From: Heterodontus francisci
Lineage: Eukaryota
Assembly (NCBI RefSeq): GCF_036365525.1
Contig: NC_090401.1
Location: 53,578,868-53,642,867 of the forward strand
Length of the DNA stretch: 64,000 nt
Direction: 5' to 3'
Position numbers and translations under genes: made by a program. Shown here one piece after another: positions 48,340 through 61,604 of this stretch (position 1 is the stretch's first letter; every line of letters begins with the position of its first letter). The notes beneath the pieces are model-generated. The model was not told the origin of the DNA. It was given only the letters and a program-made list of their open reading frames with translations, and did not search any database.

Positions 48340-49445
48340 ATCACACAGGAGGTTACTAAATAAAATTAGAGCACATGGGATTGGGGGTAATATACTGGTA
48401 TGGATTGAGAATTGGTTAACAGACAGAAAACAGAGAGTAGGAATAAACTGGTCATTCTCAGAATAGCAGGCTGTTACTAGTGGGGTACAAGGATCAGTGC
48501 TGGGGCCACAGCTGTTCACAATCTATATATATGATTTGAATGTGGGGACCAAATGTAATATTTCCAAATTTGCTGATGGCACAAAACTAGGTGGGCATGT
48601 AAGTTGTGAGGAGGATGTAAGGCAGCTTCATGGGGACAGGCAAAAACATGGCAGATGGAATACAATGTGAATAAGTGTGAAGTTATCCACTTTGGTAGAA
48701 AAAAAAGATAGAGTATTTCTTGAATGGTGAGAGATTGGAAAATGTTGATGTCCAAAAGGGACCTTGGTGTCCTTGTTCATGAGTCACTAAAAGCTAGCAT
48801 GCAGGTACAGCAAGCAATTAGGAAGGCAAATGGTATGCTGGCCTTTAGCGCAAAGGGTTTTGAGTACAGGAATAAAGTCTTGCTGCAATTGTATAGAACC
48901 TTGGTGAGACCGCACCTGGAGTATTGTGTACAGTTTGGGTCTCCTCATCCAAGGAAAGATATACTTGCCATAGAAGGAGTGTAATGGAGGCTCACCAGAC
49001 TAATCCCTGGGATGGCAGGATTGTCTTATGAGGAGAGATTGAGGAAACGGGCCTGTATTCTCTAGAGTTTCGAAGAATGAGAGGTGATCTCATTAAAACT
49101 TAAATTCTTACAGGGCGTGACAGGGTGGATGTAGTTAGGATGTTTCCTCTGGCTGTTGAGTCTAGAACCAGGGGACACAGTCTCAGTATAAGGGGTAGAC
49201 CATTCAAGACTGAGATGAGGAATTTCTTCACTCAGAGGGTGGTGAATCTTTGGAATTCTCGACCCCAGAGGGCTGTGGAAACTCAATCAAGACAGAAATC
49301 ATAGATATCTGGACACTAATGGCATCAAGGGAGATGGGGATAGTACAGAAAAGTGGCATCCAGGTAGATGATCAGCCATGATCTGGTTGAATGGTGGGGG
49401 CTTGCTCAATGGGCTGAATGGCCTACTCCTGCTCCTATGTTCCTA
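48340..49445 (+). mobile_element. 5'-truncated CR1 LINE
   Basis: tccaaatttgctgat (SKFAD); RDLGVLVH...LVRPHLEYCVQF; 3' tail. Confidence 0.9.
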
Positions 49446-50182
49446 AAATGGCGGGGGGGGGGGGGGGGGGGGGACAAAAGACTTGCATTTCTATAGCACC
49501 TTTCATGAACTCTGGATGTCCCAAAGTGGGTTACAGCCAATGAAGTACTTTTGAAGTGTTGGCACTGTTATAGTGTAGGAAAGGTGGCAGCCAACCTGTG
49601 CAGAGCAAGCTCCTACAAGCAGCAATGTGATGATGAGCAGATAATCTGAATTTACTGATGTGGATTGAGGGGTAAATATTGGCCAGGACAACGCAGAGAA
49701 CTCTTATTTTGTACTGGTTCAACTTTACTGATCAAATGAAATGGGAGAAATTTTACCTCTCTCTTGGAGCTGTGTGTTGGTAACGTTTTTACACCAAGTT
49801 CAGTGAGATTTTGTCAATGGGTCACTCTTGACCATCAGAGTATTTCTTGGAGTGAGGACATAACACTAGAGGGTGCCACAGAAGAACATGTAAAAGTTTT
49901 GTTCACTCTTGCCTGACTTTTCATTTCCTCCGCAGTTGTGTTCAAACAAAAGTTACCATATAAAGAACAGGAGGGGGGAATTCCTTTTAAACCATAGCAA
50001 TTAAACTGAGCTGGAAGTAAAATGAAACAGCATGCAATCCAGGGAGTGCAAGGAGGGAAGATGCAGAGTGATGTATCTGCAGCAGCAACAACACAAACCG
50101 GAACCAAAAGTTACAAAGCTCAAGTAAGAGACCAGCTCCAAAATCAATGACAAATTGTCTCCCCTATTGTTTCATTGCGAAG

Positions 50183-50508
50183 ATGGCTTGGGACGATGAG
50201 CTTCGTTTCTCTGTGCGCGATCTGATCTTTAACTGGATCGGGCTGGTCACTTTTGTCCTCGATCTTGGGACTGATGCCTGGGTGGTGACCTCTTTCTTCC
50301 TGGCAGGAGATTATTTCTGGGGCGGCGCCGTGTTATTCTTGGTGCTCTTTTGCTCGGTGCTCATTCAGCTGTTCAGCTGGTGCTGGTTTGCCGGGGATCG
50401 GCAGCAGCTGAAGAACCTATCCAATTCCGGACTGCCAGCGCTGAAGAGCTTGGTGGGAGAGCGTGTCCTGGGGCTGTTACACGGGCTGCAGCTGGGATTC
50501 CTGGTCAG
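50183..50508 (+). CDS. XKR8: XKR8 coding exon 1 (in-frame upstream ATG at 50147 also possible)
   Basis: aagATGG Kozak; MAWDDELRFSVRDLIF...DLGTDAWV...QLFSWCWF...LHGLQLGFLV-AG|gtcagt; XK-family N-terminal TM helices. Confidence 0.92.
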
Positions 50509-52277
50509 GTCAGTATCGCCACGCAGACAGAGGCAGCGACATAAATTACACCAGGGGGAGGTGGGAGAGAGTTGGAGATAGAGGGAGGAAAAGGGTTATT
50601 GCAAAACAGATGGAGGAAGGAACAAGGCAGGGACGAGTGAGACAAGGAATGGACAGGGAAAAAGAGACGGAGAGTGTGGGAAAACAGGATTTGAAAAGAA
50701 GGGGGGGGGGTAGAGAACAGGGTGTTGAGAGACAAGGAGGTAAGGGGTATTGATATAGTACATTGGGGGAAGAGAGAGTCAGGGCTATCAGTTGTGTTGC
50801 TGATGGCTCGGGGTGGGGGGTAACTAGGGGAACTTGATCCACAGTTCTGACGAGTTCGCTGATCTTAGTTGGAATGGTGATGTTTCTATTGGCCTTTACA
50901 ATGCGCCTCTTTGTAAACAAGTAACAAAAGTTCCATTAATTTAAATGGAGCAGCATCGGTCTCATCATTATTCAATGTTTCTTTCTGGCTGTGTCCCCAC
51001 CAACCCTGACTCATTTTCTCTCACTGTCTGTCTTCCCTTTTCCATGTGTCAGACCATTTCTCTTCTCACTGTCCTGTTACAGTCGGTTTAAGGCAGTTCT
51101 TATCAGCTTCATAATGTAAATAATTACAGAACACACCCAAACTATTGCTCCAGCTGTTCAGTAATGTATCCAAACATTCATTGCCTTTTTATGACAGTCC
51201 ACAAATACTGATTTTAGACTTTCTTATTGCTAGTTTAAATTAATGTTTTCTAGTCCTACTCTCCTAGATTGCTTGAAAAGTAATGTTCTATTTTTGTCTT
51301 AACTGTACCATTTAATATTTGGCCCTAAGGTCCCCAGTCATTCTAAACAGTGGAGCTTGAGCCTGTGTTCTTGGTGGTCAGTTACAGAGAGTTTTGGCAG
51401 TGCCCTAAAACAGGTTCTCTTCATCTGAGGTATCAGCTGCGTCTCTCTGAGTTAGGAGATTGTTGCTTCAAGTCCCACTTCAGGGACTGGAGTACAAAAC
51501 CGAGGCTGACACTCCAGTGCAGTACCAAGAGAGTCTGGAGGTGCCATCATTTGGCTGAGACGTTAAACCGAGGCCCTGTCTGCCCCGTCGGGTGGATGTA
51601 AAAAAAAAAAATCCCATGGCACTATTTTGAAGAAATGCAAGGGAGTTCTCCCTAGTGTTCCACTATTTATCCTGCAACCAACATCACAAAAAAACAATTG
51701 TCTGGTTGGTATCCAGTTGCTGTTTGTGGGATTTTGCTGTTCGCAAATTGGTTGTTGGGTTTTCCTACAAGTGATGAGACTTCAAAATGTACCTTGGCTG
51801 TGAAGCACTGAGATGTCTGAGGTTGTGAAGGACACGATATTTCCCTCTTTTCAGACAAGGCAGCCCAAAGCTGGCTTGTAATTTATCAGAAGCAAATTAT
51901 ATAAAGGAAACATTCATCCAGTTGTGATGATACTTCCAAGTGATGCAGATGACGGGCACCAAGCACTTGTTGGAAGATTGAGAACTTGCTGTTGGTATTC
52001 GGGCTCCTCAGCCTTGAAAGAGGGCCACAAGATATTTAACTGTACCCAAAAGGTTGTATCTAGAACACTACGTTAATTTAGAACTGTAGTCACAAAGTTC
52101 TTAACACAAAGCATGATCAATACATGGGACTGGTTTTTGGGCAGAGATGAATATGTAGGAATTGTTTAAGAGATAGTTGGATGCTGTAGAGCTACTGTAG
52201 AGCTTGAGAGATTGATGAATCAGAATGGGCTGAATGGCCTTCCTCATCCATATCTATCATCAGGTCTAAGAAACAGA

Positions 52278-53830
52278 AGGTGCAAGTTGATAAAACACCA
52301 GGGCCAGATGAAATGTACCCCAGGCTGTTAAAAGAAGCAGGAGAGGAAATAGCAGAAAGTCTGACCGTTTTCCAGTCCTCACTGGATACAGGTGTGGTGC
52401 CAGAGGATTGGAGACTGCTAAATATTGTACCTCTGTTGAAAAAGGGAGTGAGGGATAGACCGAATAATTACAGGCCAGTCAGTCTAACCTCAGTATTGGG
52501 CAATTTATTGGAATCTATTCTGAGACACAGGATAAACTGTCACTTAGAAAGACACAGATTAATCAAGGATAGTCAGTATGGAGTTGTTAAGGGAAGATCT
52601 TGTCTGACCAACCTGATTGAATTCTTTGAAGAAATAACAAGGAAGATAGATGAGGGTAGTGCAGTTGATGTGGTCTGCATGGATTATAGCAAAGCTTTTG
52701 ACAAGATCCCAGATGGCAGACTGGTTAAAAAAATAAAATCCCATGGGATCCAGGGAAATGCAACAAGGTGGATACAAAATTGGCTCAGCGGCAGGAAACA
52801 AAGGGTAATTGTTGACGGGTGTTTTTGCTACTGGAGGGCTGTTTCCAGTGGTGTTCCGCAGGGCTCAGTACTGGGTCCCCTGCCTTTTGTGGTATATATT
52901 AATGATTTGGACATAAATGTGGGTGCATGATCAAGAAGTTTACAGACGACACAAAGATGTGAATGATAGCGAGGAGGATAGCTGTAGGCAGCAGGAAGAT
53001 ATTGATAGTCTGGTCACATGGGCAGAAAAGTGGCAAATGGAATTCAACCCGGAGACGTGTGAGGTAATGCATTTGGGGAGGTCAAACAAGGCAAAGGAAT
53101 GCATGATTAATGGGAAAATATTGAGACATGTAGAGGAAGTGAGGGACCTTGGAGTAAATGTCCACAGATCCCCGAAGGGAGCAGGACAGGTCAATAAGAT
53201 GGTTAAGAAGGCATATGGAATCCTTTCCTTTATTAACCGAGGTATAGAATATAAGAGCAGGAAGATTATGCTGGTACTGTATAACTGATTGGTTAGGCCA
53301 CAACTTGAGTACTGTGTGGAGTTCTGGTCACCTCATTACAGAAAGAATGTAATTGCACTAGAGAGCGTATAGAGGAGATTTACAAAGATGTTGCCAAGAC
53401 TGGAAAAATGCAGCTATGAGGAAAGATTGGATAAGCTGGGGTTGTTCTCCTTGGAACGGAGAAGGCTGAAGGAAGATTTGATTGAAATGTACAAAATTTT
53501 GAGGGGCCTGGATAGAGTGGAGGTGAAGGGCCTATTTACCTTAGCAGCGAGGTCAGTGACTAGGAGGCATAGATTTAAAGTGATTGGTAGAAAAATTAGA
53601 GGGGAGATGAGGAAAGGTTTTTTCACCCAGAGGGTGATGGGGGTCTGGAACTCTCTGCCTGAAAGGGTAGTTGAGGCAGAAACCCTCAAACTCATTCAAA
53701 AGAAGGCTGGATATGCCCTCAAATACCGTAAGCTGCAGGGCTACGGACCAAATGCTGGAAGGTGGGATTAGAATGGTAACGATGGGCCAAGTGGCCTCTT
53801 TCTGTGCTGTAAACTTCCTATGATTCTACG
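52278..53830 (+). mobile_element. 5'-truncated CR1 LINE in XKR8 intron 1, ending ~50 nt before exon 2
   Basis: KTPGPDEMYPRLLKE, NYRPVSLTS, MDYSKAFD, GVPQGSVLGP across three broken ORFs. Confidence 0.93.
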
Positions 53831-53877
53831 AGGACACACCAGGTTGCTACTTTATCAGTTGCACTTTGTTCCATCAG

Positions 53878-54068
53878 ATACGTAGCAGCACTGAAGCTGG
53901 GGTTTCAAATGTGCAAAGAAAATGACATGATGGGCTTGCAGTATGCCATTTATCTGGTCAACGACATCAGCATGTTACGACTCTTCGAGGCCATTTTTGA
54001 AAGCGCTCCTCAACTCACACTGATGCTGTACATAATTCTGCTGAAAAACCAGGTGGAGCTTCACCAGT
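53878..54068 (+). CDS. XKR8: XKR8 exon 2 (absent from the ORF track)
   Basis: catcag|A...T|gtaagt; 191 nt; YVAALKLGF...DISMLRLFEAIFESAPQLTLMLYI. Confidence 0.96.
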
Positions 54069-54154
54069 GTAAGTGCTAACTCCTACAGTAAGCAGATCAA
54101 AACTCGATTCAGCCACCTTTCCTTAAAGGAGGACAACTGTGTATCAGCAGTAAA

Positions 54155-54443
54155 GTCTGGCTACCCGACCCAAACCCAACCAGACCCGACTACATGTGTC
54201 AGGGTTCGGGTCAGGTCGGGTCTATATTCCGAGTCCAGCATTTTGGATCGGGCTGGACAGTGCCGCCTCCGAGAACTCACGGGATCAGACTCACCCATGA
54301 TTCCCCACAACTCCATCTGCAGGAATAGCCTGCTGATGCCGGAACGGATGATCAATATTCGGGTCGGGTGCGAAAAAAATTAAAGGACTCGGGCCCGGGT
54401 TGGCTGTGGTCGGGTCGGGTTTCAATTTTATACCCGAGCCAGG
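54155..54443. mobile_element. CpG-rich putative non-autonomous DNA transposon (hAT-like) in XKR8 intron 2
   Basis: Many cccga/tcggg motifs in both orientations at both ends; short ctggct/agccag terminal match; TSD not resolved. Confidence 0.5.
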
Positions 54444-56473
54444 CAGTGCCCGGATTAAAGTAGTAAAATGCAAAACCTAGAACAAATTTACAAAGTTACA
54501 AAAAAAATTAAGGTTATAATGATTCTAAAGAGCAGCTTCATATAACTGCACCTTTTAAAACTAGTTTGATCCATTAGGCCAAAGTAAGTATCCATCTGCA
54601 TGGCTATTCAAGAAAGTCAGCAGAGTGAATTGTGCAGATAGAAAACTTTAATGAACCAGTTTGGTTGACAGGGAACTACATTCTAATGGCGCGGGGGGCA
54701 GGTATAAATGGTATTCATACCGAAAACTCTAAAAACAGCTTCTGGGCAGGAGGTAGACTGGCATTAGACTTTGTTTTATTCTTTCATGGGATGTGGGCAT
54801 CACTGGCAAGGCCAGCATTTGTTGCCCGTTCCTATTTGCCCTTGATCTCCAAGCCAGAACTTTGGAGCTAACCTTCTGAAGGAGGTGGGGGGGGGGGGCA
54901 TAGAATTCATTTGAGGCTTGTGTACCCTCGTTTCAAAGTACAAGTTGAAACTGAGGAATCTCGCTGATTTTGATAGCTGTTAAGTGATATTTATTGGAAT
55001 TCATGCATGCATGCTACATTTCGGAATTCTAGTTTTCCTTAGCAGGTTTTTTTTTCTGATGATATCTCATATTGTTAAGTTCATTTTAGTTAGGAAATTT
55101 TGGTTAATTGTAAATTCTGTTGAATTGCATTTTACTTTGGTGTTTCAGTTCTCATTTTGCATTCTGCCTTTTTAGCTGATTTAAAAAAAAATATTTTTCA
55201 GTTTCTAATTGGCTTTAAAACCCACCACTACATCCCCTCCTCTCATCTGTCATTGGCTCAACACCGTGCTGTGCACTGGCCTCCCACTACTACACTTCTA
55301 TTCATTCCCAGGATGGGTCACTAGCTAGGCCAGCATTTACTACCCATCCCTAACTGCCCTTGAGAAGGTAGTGATGAGTACTTTCTTGACAACTGAGTGG
55401 CTTGCTGGACCATTTATTTTAAATTCATTCATGGGATGTGGGCATCCCTGGCTATTTATTGCCCATCCCTAATTGCCCTTGAGAAGGTGGTGGTGAGCTA
55501 GAATGTTTCAGAGGGCAGTTAGGAGTCAACCACATTGCTGTGGATCTGGAGTCACATGTAGACCAGTCCAGGTAAGGACGGCAGATTTCCTTCACTCTGA
55601 GACACTGGTGATTGAGGGCTTTTGGCAACAATCCAGTCATCATAGAGGGATTTGAACTCATGTCTCTGGATTGTTAGTCCAGGCCTCTGGCTACTAATCC
55701 AATAACATAAGCACAATGCTCCTGTTTCTGCCTTGATGGGATGCCAGTCGGCCACTCACTATGGCCGAGTACAGCAGCAGATAGAATTTCAAGATCTCAC
55801 AGTTAAGTGGAAATCCCACTCTTTACAGATCTTACTTGGTGCTGCTAAATAATGCAGATGGGAGAAAGAGATTCCATTTAAAGTAAGACAGCTACCTAAA
55901 GCATATGGCAAATTTAAACTCTCAAAGGACTCTTGCATCAGGCAGCAGTTATTAAACACAGATTTGTTTCACATATGAAACACAATACTTCACTTTACAG
56001 ACCAATTTCTTTTTTTTTTAAAGGCATAAATTTTTCTGGAACAGTACCAGTGCTGTTTTCCCACAATTACATCACTAATTTACAAAGGTTGCCCCCTTTG
56101 CCCCACTCGACCCCTTCGTAAAATCCTCTCCCGAGGGCTGTCTTATTGGGGATTAGTTCCAAGGAGCCCAGTTCTTAGCACAAGTGACTGATCTTCAGAA
56201 CGAATCTAGAAACAGTACTAGCGAGCCCAATTGTACTCACGCCAAACCTATTCAGAGTTGAAATCGGACCGAGTGTGTCAGCAAGCCATTCAAATATGAA
56301 GCATCATCACCAAAGCCAGTCCTATCCTCACTGGATGATGAGCCCCTGGCTAATTCCACTTTCCTCCAAAATATATCTTGGTCTCTGTGCTATTAAATAA
56401 AATGTTTAAGCAACTAAGTGTTTGATGAATCTTTCCATGCATTGTCCACTCATTGTTGTTTCAATTTCCACAG

Positions 56474-57198
56474 ATTTCTCCTTTGCCGCCTCTTTACTCT
56501 CCATTGTCTGGGCTGTTCTGGATTTTCACAAGTCCCTGCGCACATCTCTCCCTGACAAAATGAGTCTTAGATTCATGCCTGCAGTGCTTTATTTCATCTT
56601 TAACCTTTTGCTCATCTTTCCCAGGATTCTCAGCATTGCCCTGTTTGCAACCATATTCAAACTGTATGCCATCTTGCACTTTGCTCTTATTTGGCTGCCC
56701 ATGTTATTTTGGGCATGGCAGCAAGGCACAACCTTCATGAACAGCCTTCCTGAAGAGGTCTTCTACAGGTGTACCGTGGCAGTGATCTTGTATTTCACCT
56801 GGTTTACCATTGCTGAGGGAAAAACATGCATCAGACAGATTATTTATCACTCATTCATGGCCGTGGATTGTGGGATCTTAGTTGGATTTTGGTGGCTCTA
56901 TAGAGACCCAGTTTTAACTGCCAGCTATACGTTACCACTCCTTATTGCAATATCATCGACATATCTGCTTGGCCTGATTGTAAAGTGCATTTATTACAAA
57001 TATTTCCATCCCACTGTCACAGCAGAACACTCGCTGACAACAGATGAAACAGACAGTTTACAAGAGGATGGATTCCGAACGATTTGCGAGAACAGACCTT
57101 TGATAAACAAGAGAATGAAAATCCTCTCCAATTGTTTTTACTCCCCTAAACGTGAGGGAAATAACCACCACCCAAAAATGGAGGAAACTGAAATCTAA
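56474..57198 (+). CDS. XKR8: XKR8 exon 3 to stop; total CDS 1242 nt (413 aa)
   Basis: tccacag|AT...TAA; SIVWAVLDFHKSLRTSLPDK...YYKYFHP...DETDS...INKRM; position downstream of SMPDL3B supports XKR8. Confidence 0.95.
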
Positions 57199-57687
57199 AG
57201 ATCCAGTATTCTATCGAATGTCAATTTATGCAAAAGTTTTGCTCTGCCATGAAATTTTATGTTGGATTTATGTCAAAAGGTACTATGGGGGCACATTTCA
57301 GTTGGAATGTATACAGCAGGAGCAGATCCTTGAATTTCAATTATTTTTGTCCTGTTCTCCTCTCTTGCCATTCTCAGGTGACTCAATGAATGTTAAACTA
57401 ATTTACTTAAAATCAGCATCCAGGAATGAAGATACCAACCCCAAGTCATTTAAGGGGAACTCCTCTGATGGCTACTAAGGAAAATTACATAGAAATTACA
57501 ATATGGAAATAATTTGTTTGGTCAAACCAGATGAGCAGTAATTCTAAACCCATGTGCTTGCCCCATTCCCACATCTCTTTATTCTCTTTTCCTTCAACCA
57601 CCTCTCTCTTCTTAAACGTTGACATGATCTCTGCTTCAATCACTAACTGTGGTGATTTTTTTTTTTAAAAAAGAGGTTTGTGAATCT

Positions 57688-57950
57688 ATGGAACATGGAG
57701 CAGGAGTAGGCCATTCAGCCCATTGAGCCTGCCCCACCATTCAATACGATCATGGCTGATCTTCCACTTCAGTACCTTTTTCCCCACACTATCCTCATAT
57801 CCCCTTATTTCATTTGTATTCAGAAATCTGTCAATCTCTGTTTTAAACATACTCAATGACTGAGCTTCCACAGCCCTCTGGGGTAGAGAATTCCAAAAAT
57901 TCATAACCCGCTGAGTAAAGAAATTTCTTCTCATCTCTGTCCTAAGTGGG
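57688..57950 (-). mobile_element. CR1 3' tail downstream of the XKR8 stop
   Basis: RNFFTQRVMNFWNSLPQRAVEA. Confidence 0.85.
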
Positions 57951-59838
57951 TTCCTTGGACGATCACAGCGACAGTCATCAGAGTGGGAAAGTACAAGGTT
58001 CAATCCCTGGTTTGTATCAAGTCAAATGATCTCAACCAAGAAAACATGAGCAGCACAACAAGCACTGTGGACTTGGGAGGGGGAAATTGGATGGGTGTTC
58101 CTTCCACCGATTGCTACACTTCCCTGCCAGGTGAGGGGGAGATCAGTTTGGGCTATGATGTCGTCCATAGATAGATAGCCTACCAGTAGTCATGATCAAG
58201 ACTCGCATAAGAATAACAGCGACCTGAGTGAGTTCCAGGGCAGTGGCTGTAGAAGCATTCCGCAATACGTAAGTGAATGCCTACAGAAGAGCAAACTGAA
58301 CAGGAATAGATTGAGCTTGCATGATGCATGTTGTTGTTATTGTGTACACTGAATTTGGAGAATGCGACAAAAGTTTTGCAATGACTGAACAACTTAGTAG
58401 CCAGTTTACATATGAACAGTGAAATATTAACACGGTATTCATTCATGGTCGTTCTAATAGATTATGTGCAAATACAATGATAAATGGTGGGGATAGGAAT
58501 ATTTCCTTTTTATGCATGGAGTGGCAAATGGTACTCTCATTTTTAAAGAACGCATTTATGATTTTGCTACATTCTACATGCAGAGGAAATCTCCTTTCTG
58601 CCAAGGCCACTGAATCCAATCACAGTGGTCTCATACATTCAGATATTCAATAACCAGTGTATTTGCCATTAGAAACACAAATACTAATATTGAAATGTTC
58701 TGAAGGTACAGTAATTTAAACTAATGGAGAACCTCATTGCTTTTCCACTGGGAAAAATAAGTATTAAAATTAACTGGACCACAGAGATGTGGTTCTGATT
58801 TAGTTAGTATTGCTGATGATTCATGAAGGAAGTGCAAGTGCAGGGTTTTTAAGCCTGTGAATATGCTGGATGTCCCTGAATTTTTTTTATTCATTCGTGG
58901 GATGTGGGCGTCGCTGGCTAGATCAGTATTTATTGCTCATCCCTAATTTTAAGTCAACCACATTCCTGGTCTGGAGTCACCTGTAGGGCAGACCAGTAAA
59001 GGACAGTAGATTTCCTTCCCTAAAGCCATTAGTGAACCAGATGGGTTTTTACAACAAGCGACAATGGTTTCATGGTCACCATTCGATTAGCTTCTCATTG
59101 CAGATTTTTATTAATTAAATTCAAACTTTACCATCTGCCCATGGTGGGATTCAAACCCATGTCCCCAGAGCATTAGCCCAGGCCTCTGGGTTACACATCG
59201 TGACATTACCACTGCCTCCCCCACAATACTGCACCTTCAACAGCTTCTCATCCCATACTCAGTGCAGGATCAGCTGTTCATATATTTTACAGTGTGTATT
59301 AATTTTTATAAATATAGTGGGAGAATTTATTTCCTTAATATATACATAAACATTCTTCGTATTTTGTAACTAAATTTCAAAAGTTGTATTGTTAGATGTA
59401 CAAGACGCCCAATTAGCACAGTAACCTGATGCCACTGGTAGTCATGCAGCTGTTGTGATGCTGTGTGAATCATGGTATTAGTTAAGTTTTAGAAGTGAAT
59501 GGGAGATGCAGAAGCTCGATCAGTAGCTCCATATAAGCTAGGAGGGTGCAAAGCCATCTGATCACAGCTGTGGTAGTGCTGCTACAACTGTCCTCAGTAT
59601 TCTTGACATGAGGCATCGACAAGCCACGATTGCTGCTTCACATTTATTTAGCAAATGCTGAATGTGCACATGATATCAAGCTGAAAGTATATTGGGTTCA
59701 GCTGGCATTACCTTTGCTGTTGAATAACCTCATGACATCTACTGTCCAGGCTCACCCATGAAAAGCAGCCAGTTGGACAAGATGAATGCAGATGACAGGT
59801 GGCATAATGATGAAGTCACTAAACTAGTAATCCAGAAG

Positions 59839-60329
59839 TAAAAACAAGAAATGCTGGAACCACTCAGCAGGTCTGGCAGCATCTGTGGAAAGAGAAGCAG
59901 AGTTAACGTTTTGGGTCAGTGACCCTTCTTCGGAACTGACCCGAAACGTTAACTCTGCTTCTCTTTCCACAGATGCTGCCAGACCTGCTGAGTGGTTCCA
60001 GCATTTTTTTGATTAGATTAGAGATACAGCACTGAAACAGGCCCTTCGGCCCGAGTCTGTGCCGACCATCAACCACCCATTTATACTAATCCTACACTAA
60101 TCCCATATTCCTACCAAACATCCCCACCTGTCCCTATATTTCCCTACCACCTACCTCTTAGTGACAATTTATAATGGCCAATTTACCTACCAACCTGCAA
60201 GTCTTTTGGCTTGTGGGAGGAAACCGGAGCACCCGGAGAAAACCCACGCAGACACAGGGAGAACTTGCAAACTCCACACTCTTGTTTTTATTTCAGATTT
60301 CCAGCATCCGCAGTATTTTGCTTTTATTT
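59839..60329. mobile_element. Fold-back Penelope-derived element with 14-bp TSD, containing a nested HE1-like SINE (60008-60279, minus)
   Basis: TSD tagtaatccagaag at 59825-59838 and 60330-60343; ~72-bp inverted arms at about 59849-59920 and 59935-60006. Confidence 0.85.
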
Positions 60330-61201
60330 TAGTAATCCAGAAGCTCAGGTTAATGTCCTGGAGACACAGGTCTGCGATTAGACTAGTTATCTGAGTCTGC
60401 TGGGTCAGCTGCAGTTGTGTAAAGACTGACTATTGTTTTGTTTGGTTACATTGGATTCAATGTGTGAAGTCCCAGTAGTAATACTGGAATGTACTGTTCA
60501 ATAAAAGACACAGGGCCTTAGGGTGGGATGTTGCCAGTTACTGTTTGAAGTTCTATCCTAGGTACACAATGTTATTTAATAAAAACCCATTTACAACAAA
60601 TTATTTACAACACTGAAAATATAAATAGATCAAAAGATGGAAATATATAGGTTTTCACAGTAACCAAAAGAGGAAGACATCTATTTTTTCATGTCTACAG
60701 TTAGGACTCTTTTCCACACTGGTATGGTTTCAGGTGAGTACATGTAAAAGATGCACAACAATTTCAATTCTTTTAAAATCAAGATTTCCATATCTGTAAT
60801 CTAACCCTGCAGACCTTTGATATTTTTCTTCTCTGTTGTTGTTCAAAACAAAAAGCAATCAAGCCACCACCACCACCTCAGTTGGCTGTCACTGAAATAT
60901 GAGGTAGAGAATGGCTGGAGGTGGCAAAGGAAACAATCATAGACTGCAGCACAGTCCATTCTCACTACCAGTGAACGAAGATAACAGGGCCAATGATAAC
61001 AGGGCCAATAGGATAAGGGAGTTAACTACACTAAATACTCAATTTTCTAACTTGGCTGTAGCAATGGAACCACATAAATATTTACAATGTGGAAACTAAA
61101 AAGGATGTCTTAGTTTTCACAATGCAAATGATTCGTTACTAGTAAGTTTGTTTTATATATATTATATAAACACACAAACCAACTTGCTACTCTGCAGATG
61201 T

Positions 61202-61604
61202 CTTCTTTCTTCTTCTTTGGGCTCCTTGTCTCGAGAGACAATAGGTAAGCGCCTGGAGGTGGTCAGTGGTTTGTGAAGCAGCGCCTGGAGTGGCTATAAA
61301 GGCCAATTCTACAGTGACAGACTCTTCCACAGGTGCTACAGATAACATTGTTTGTCGGGGCTGTTACACAGTTGGCTCTCCCCTTGCGCTTGTGTCTTTT
61401 TTCCCGCCAACTGCTAAGTCTCTGACTCGCCACACTTTAGCCCGCCTTTATGGCTGCCCGCCAGCTCTGATGATCGCTGGCAACTGACTCCCACGACTTG
61501 TGATCAATGTTACAGGACATGTCGCGTTTGCAGACGTCTTTAAGGCGGACGTGGACGGCCGGTGGGTCTGACACCAGAGAAGAGCTCGATGTACAATGTG
61601 GCTC
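61202..61604 (-). mobile_element. RTE 3' fragment
   Basis: Matches the 3' end of the 23335 element; TSD actc(t/a)gcagatgt at 61189-61201 and 61605-61617. Confidence 0.9.

Noticed and set aside
56422-56473. N-terminal extension of the 258-aa ORF (MMNLSMHC...)
   Set aside because: Intronic; the pyrimidine tract and cag acceptor at 56471-56473 give the in-phase join to XKR8 exon 2
60980-61009. 15-bp tandem duplication gataacagggccaat x2
   Set aside because: Only two units with no spacer; simple slippage, not an array
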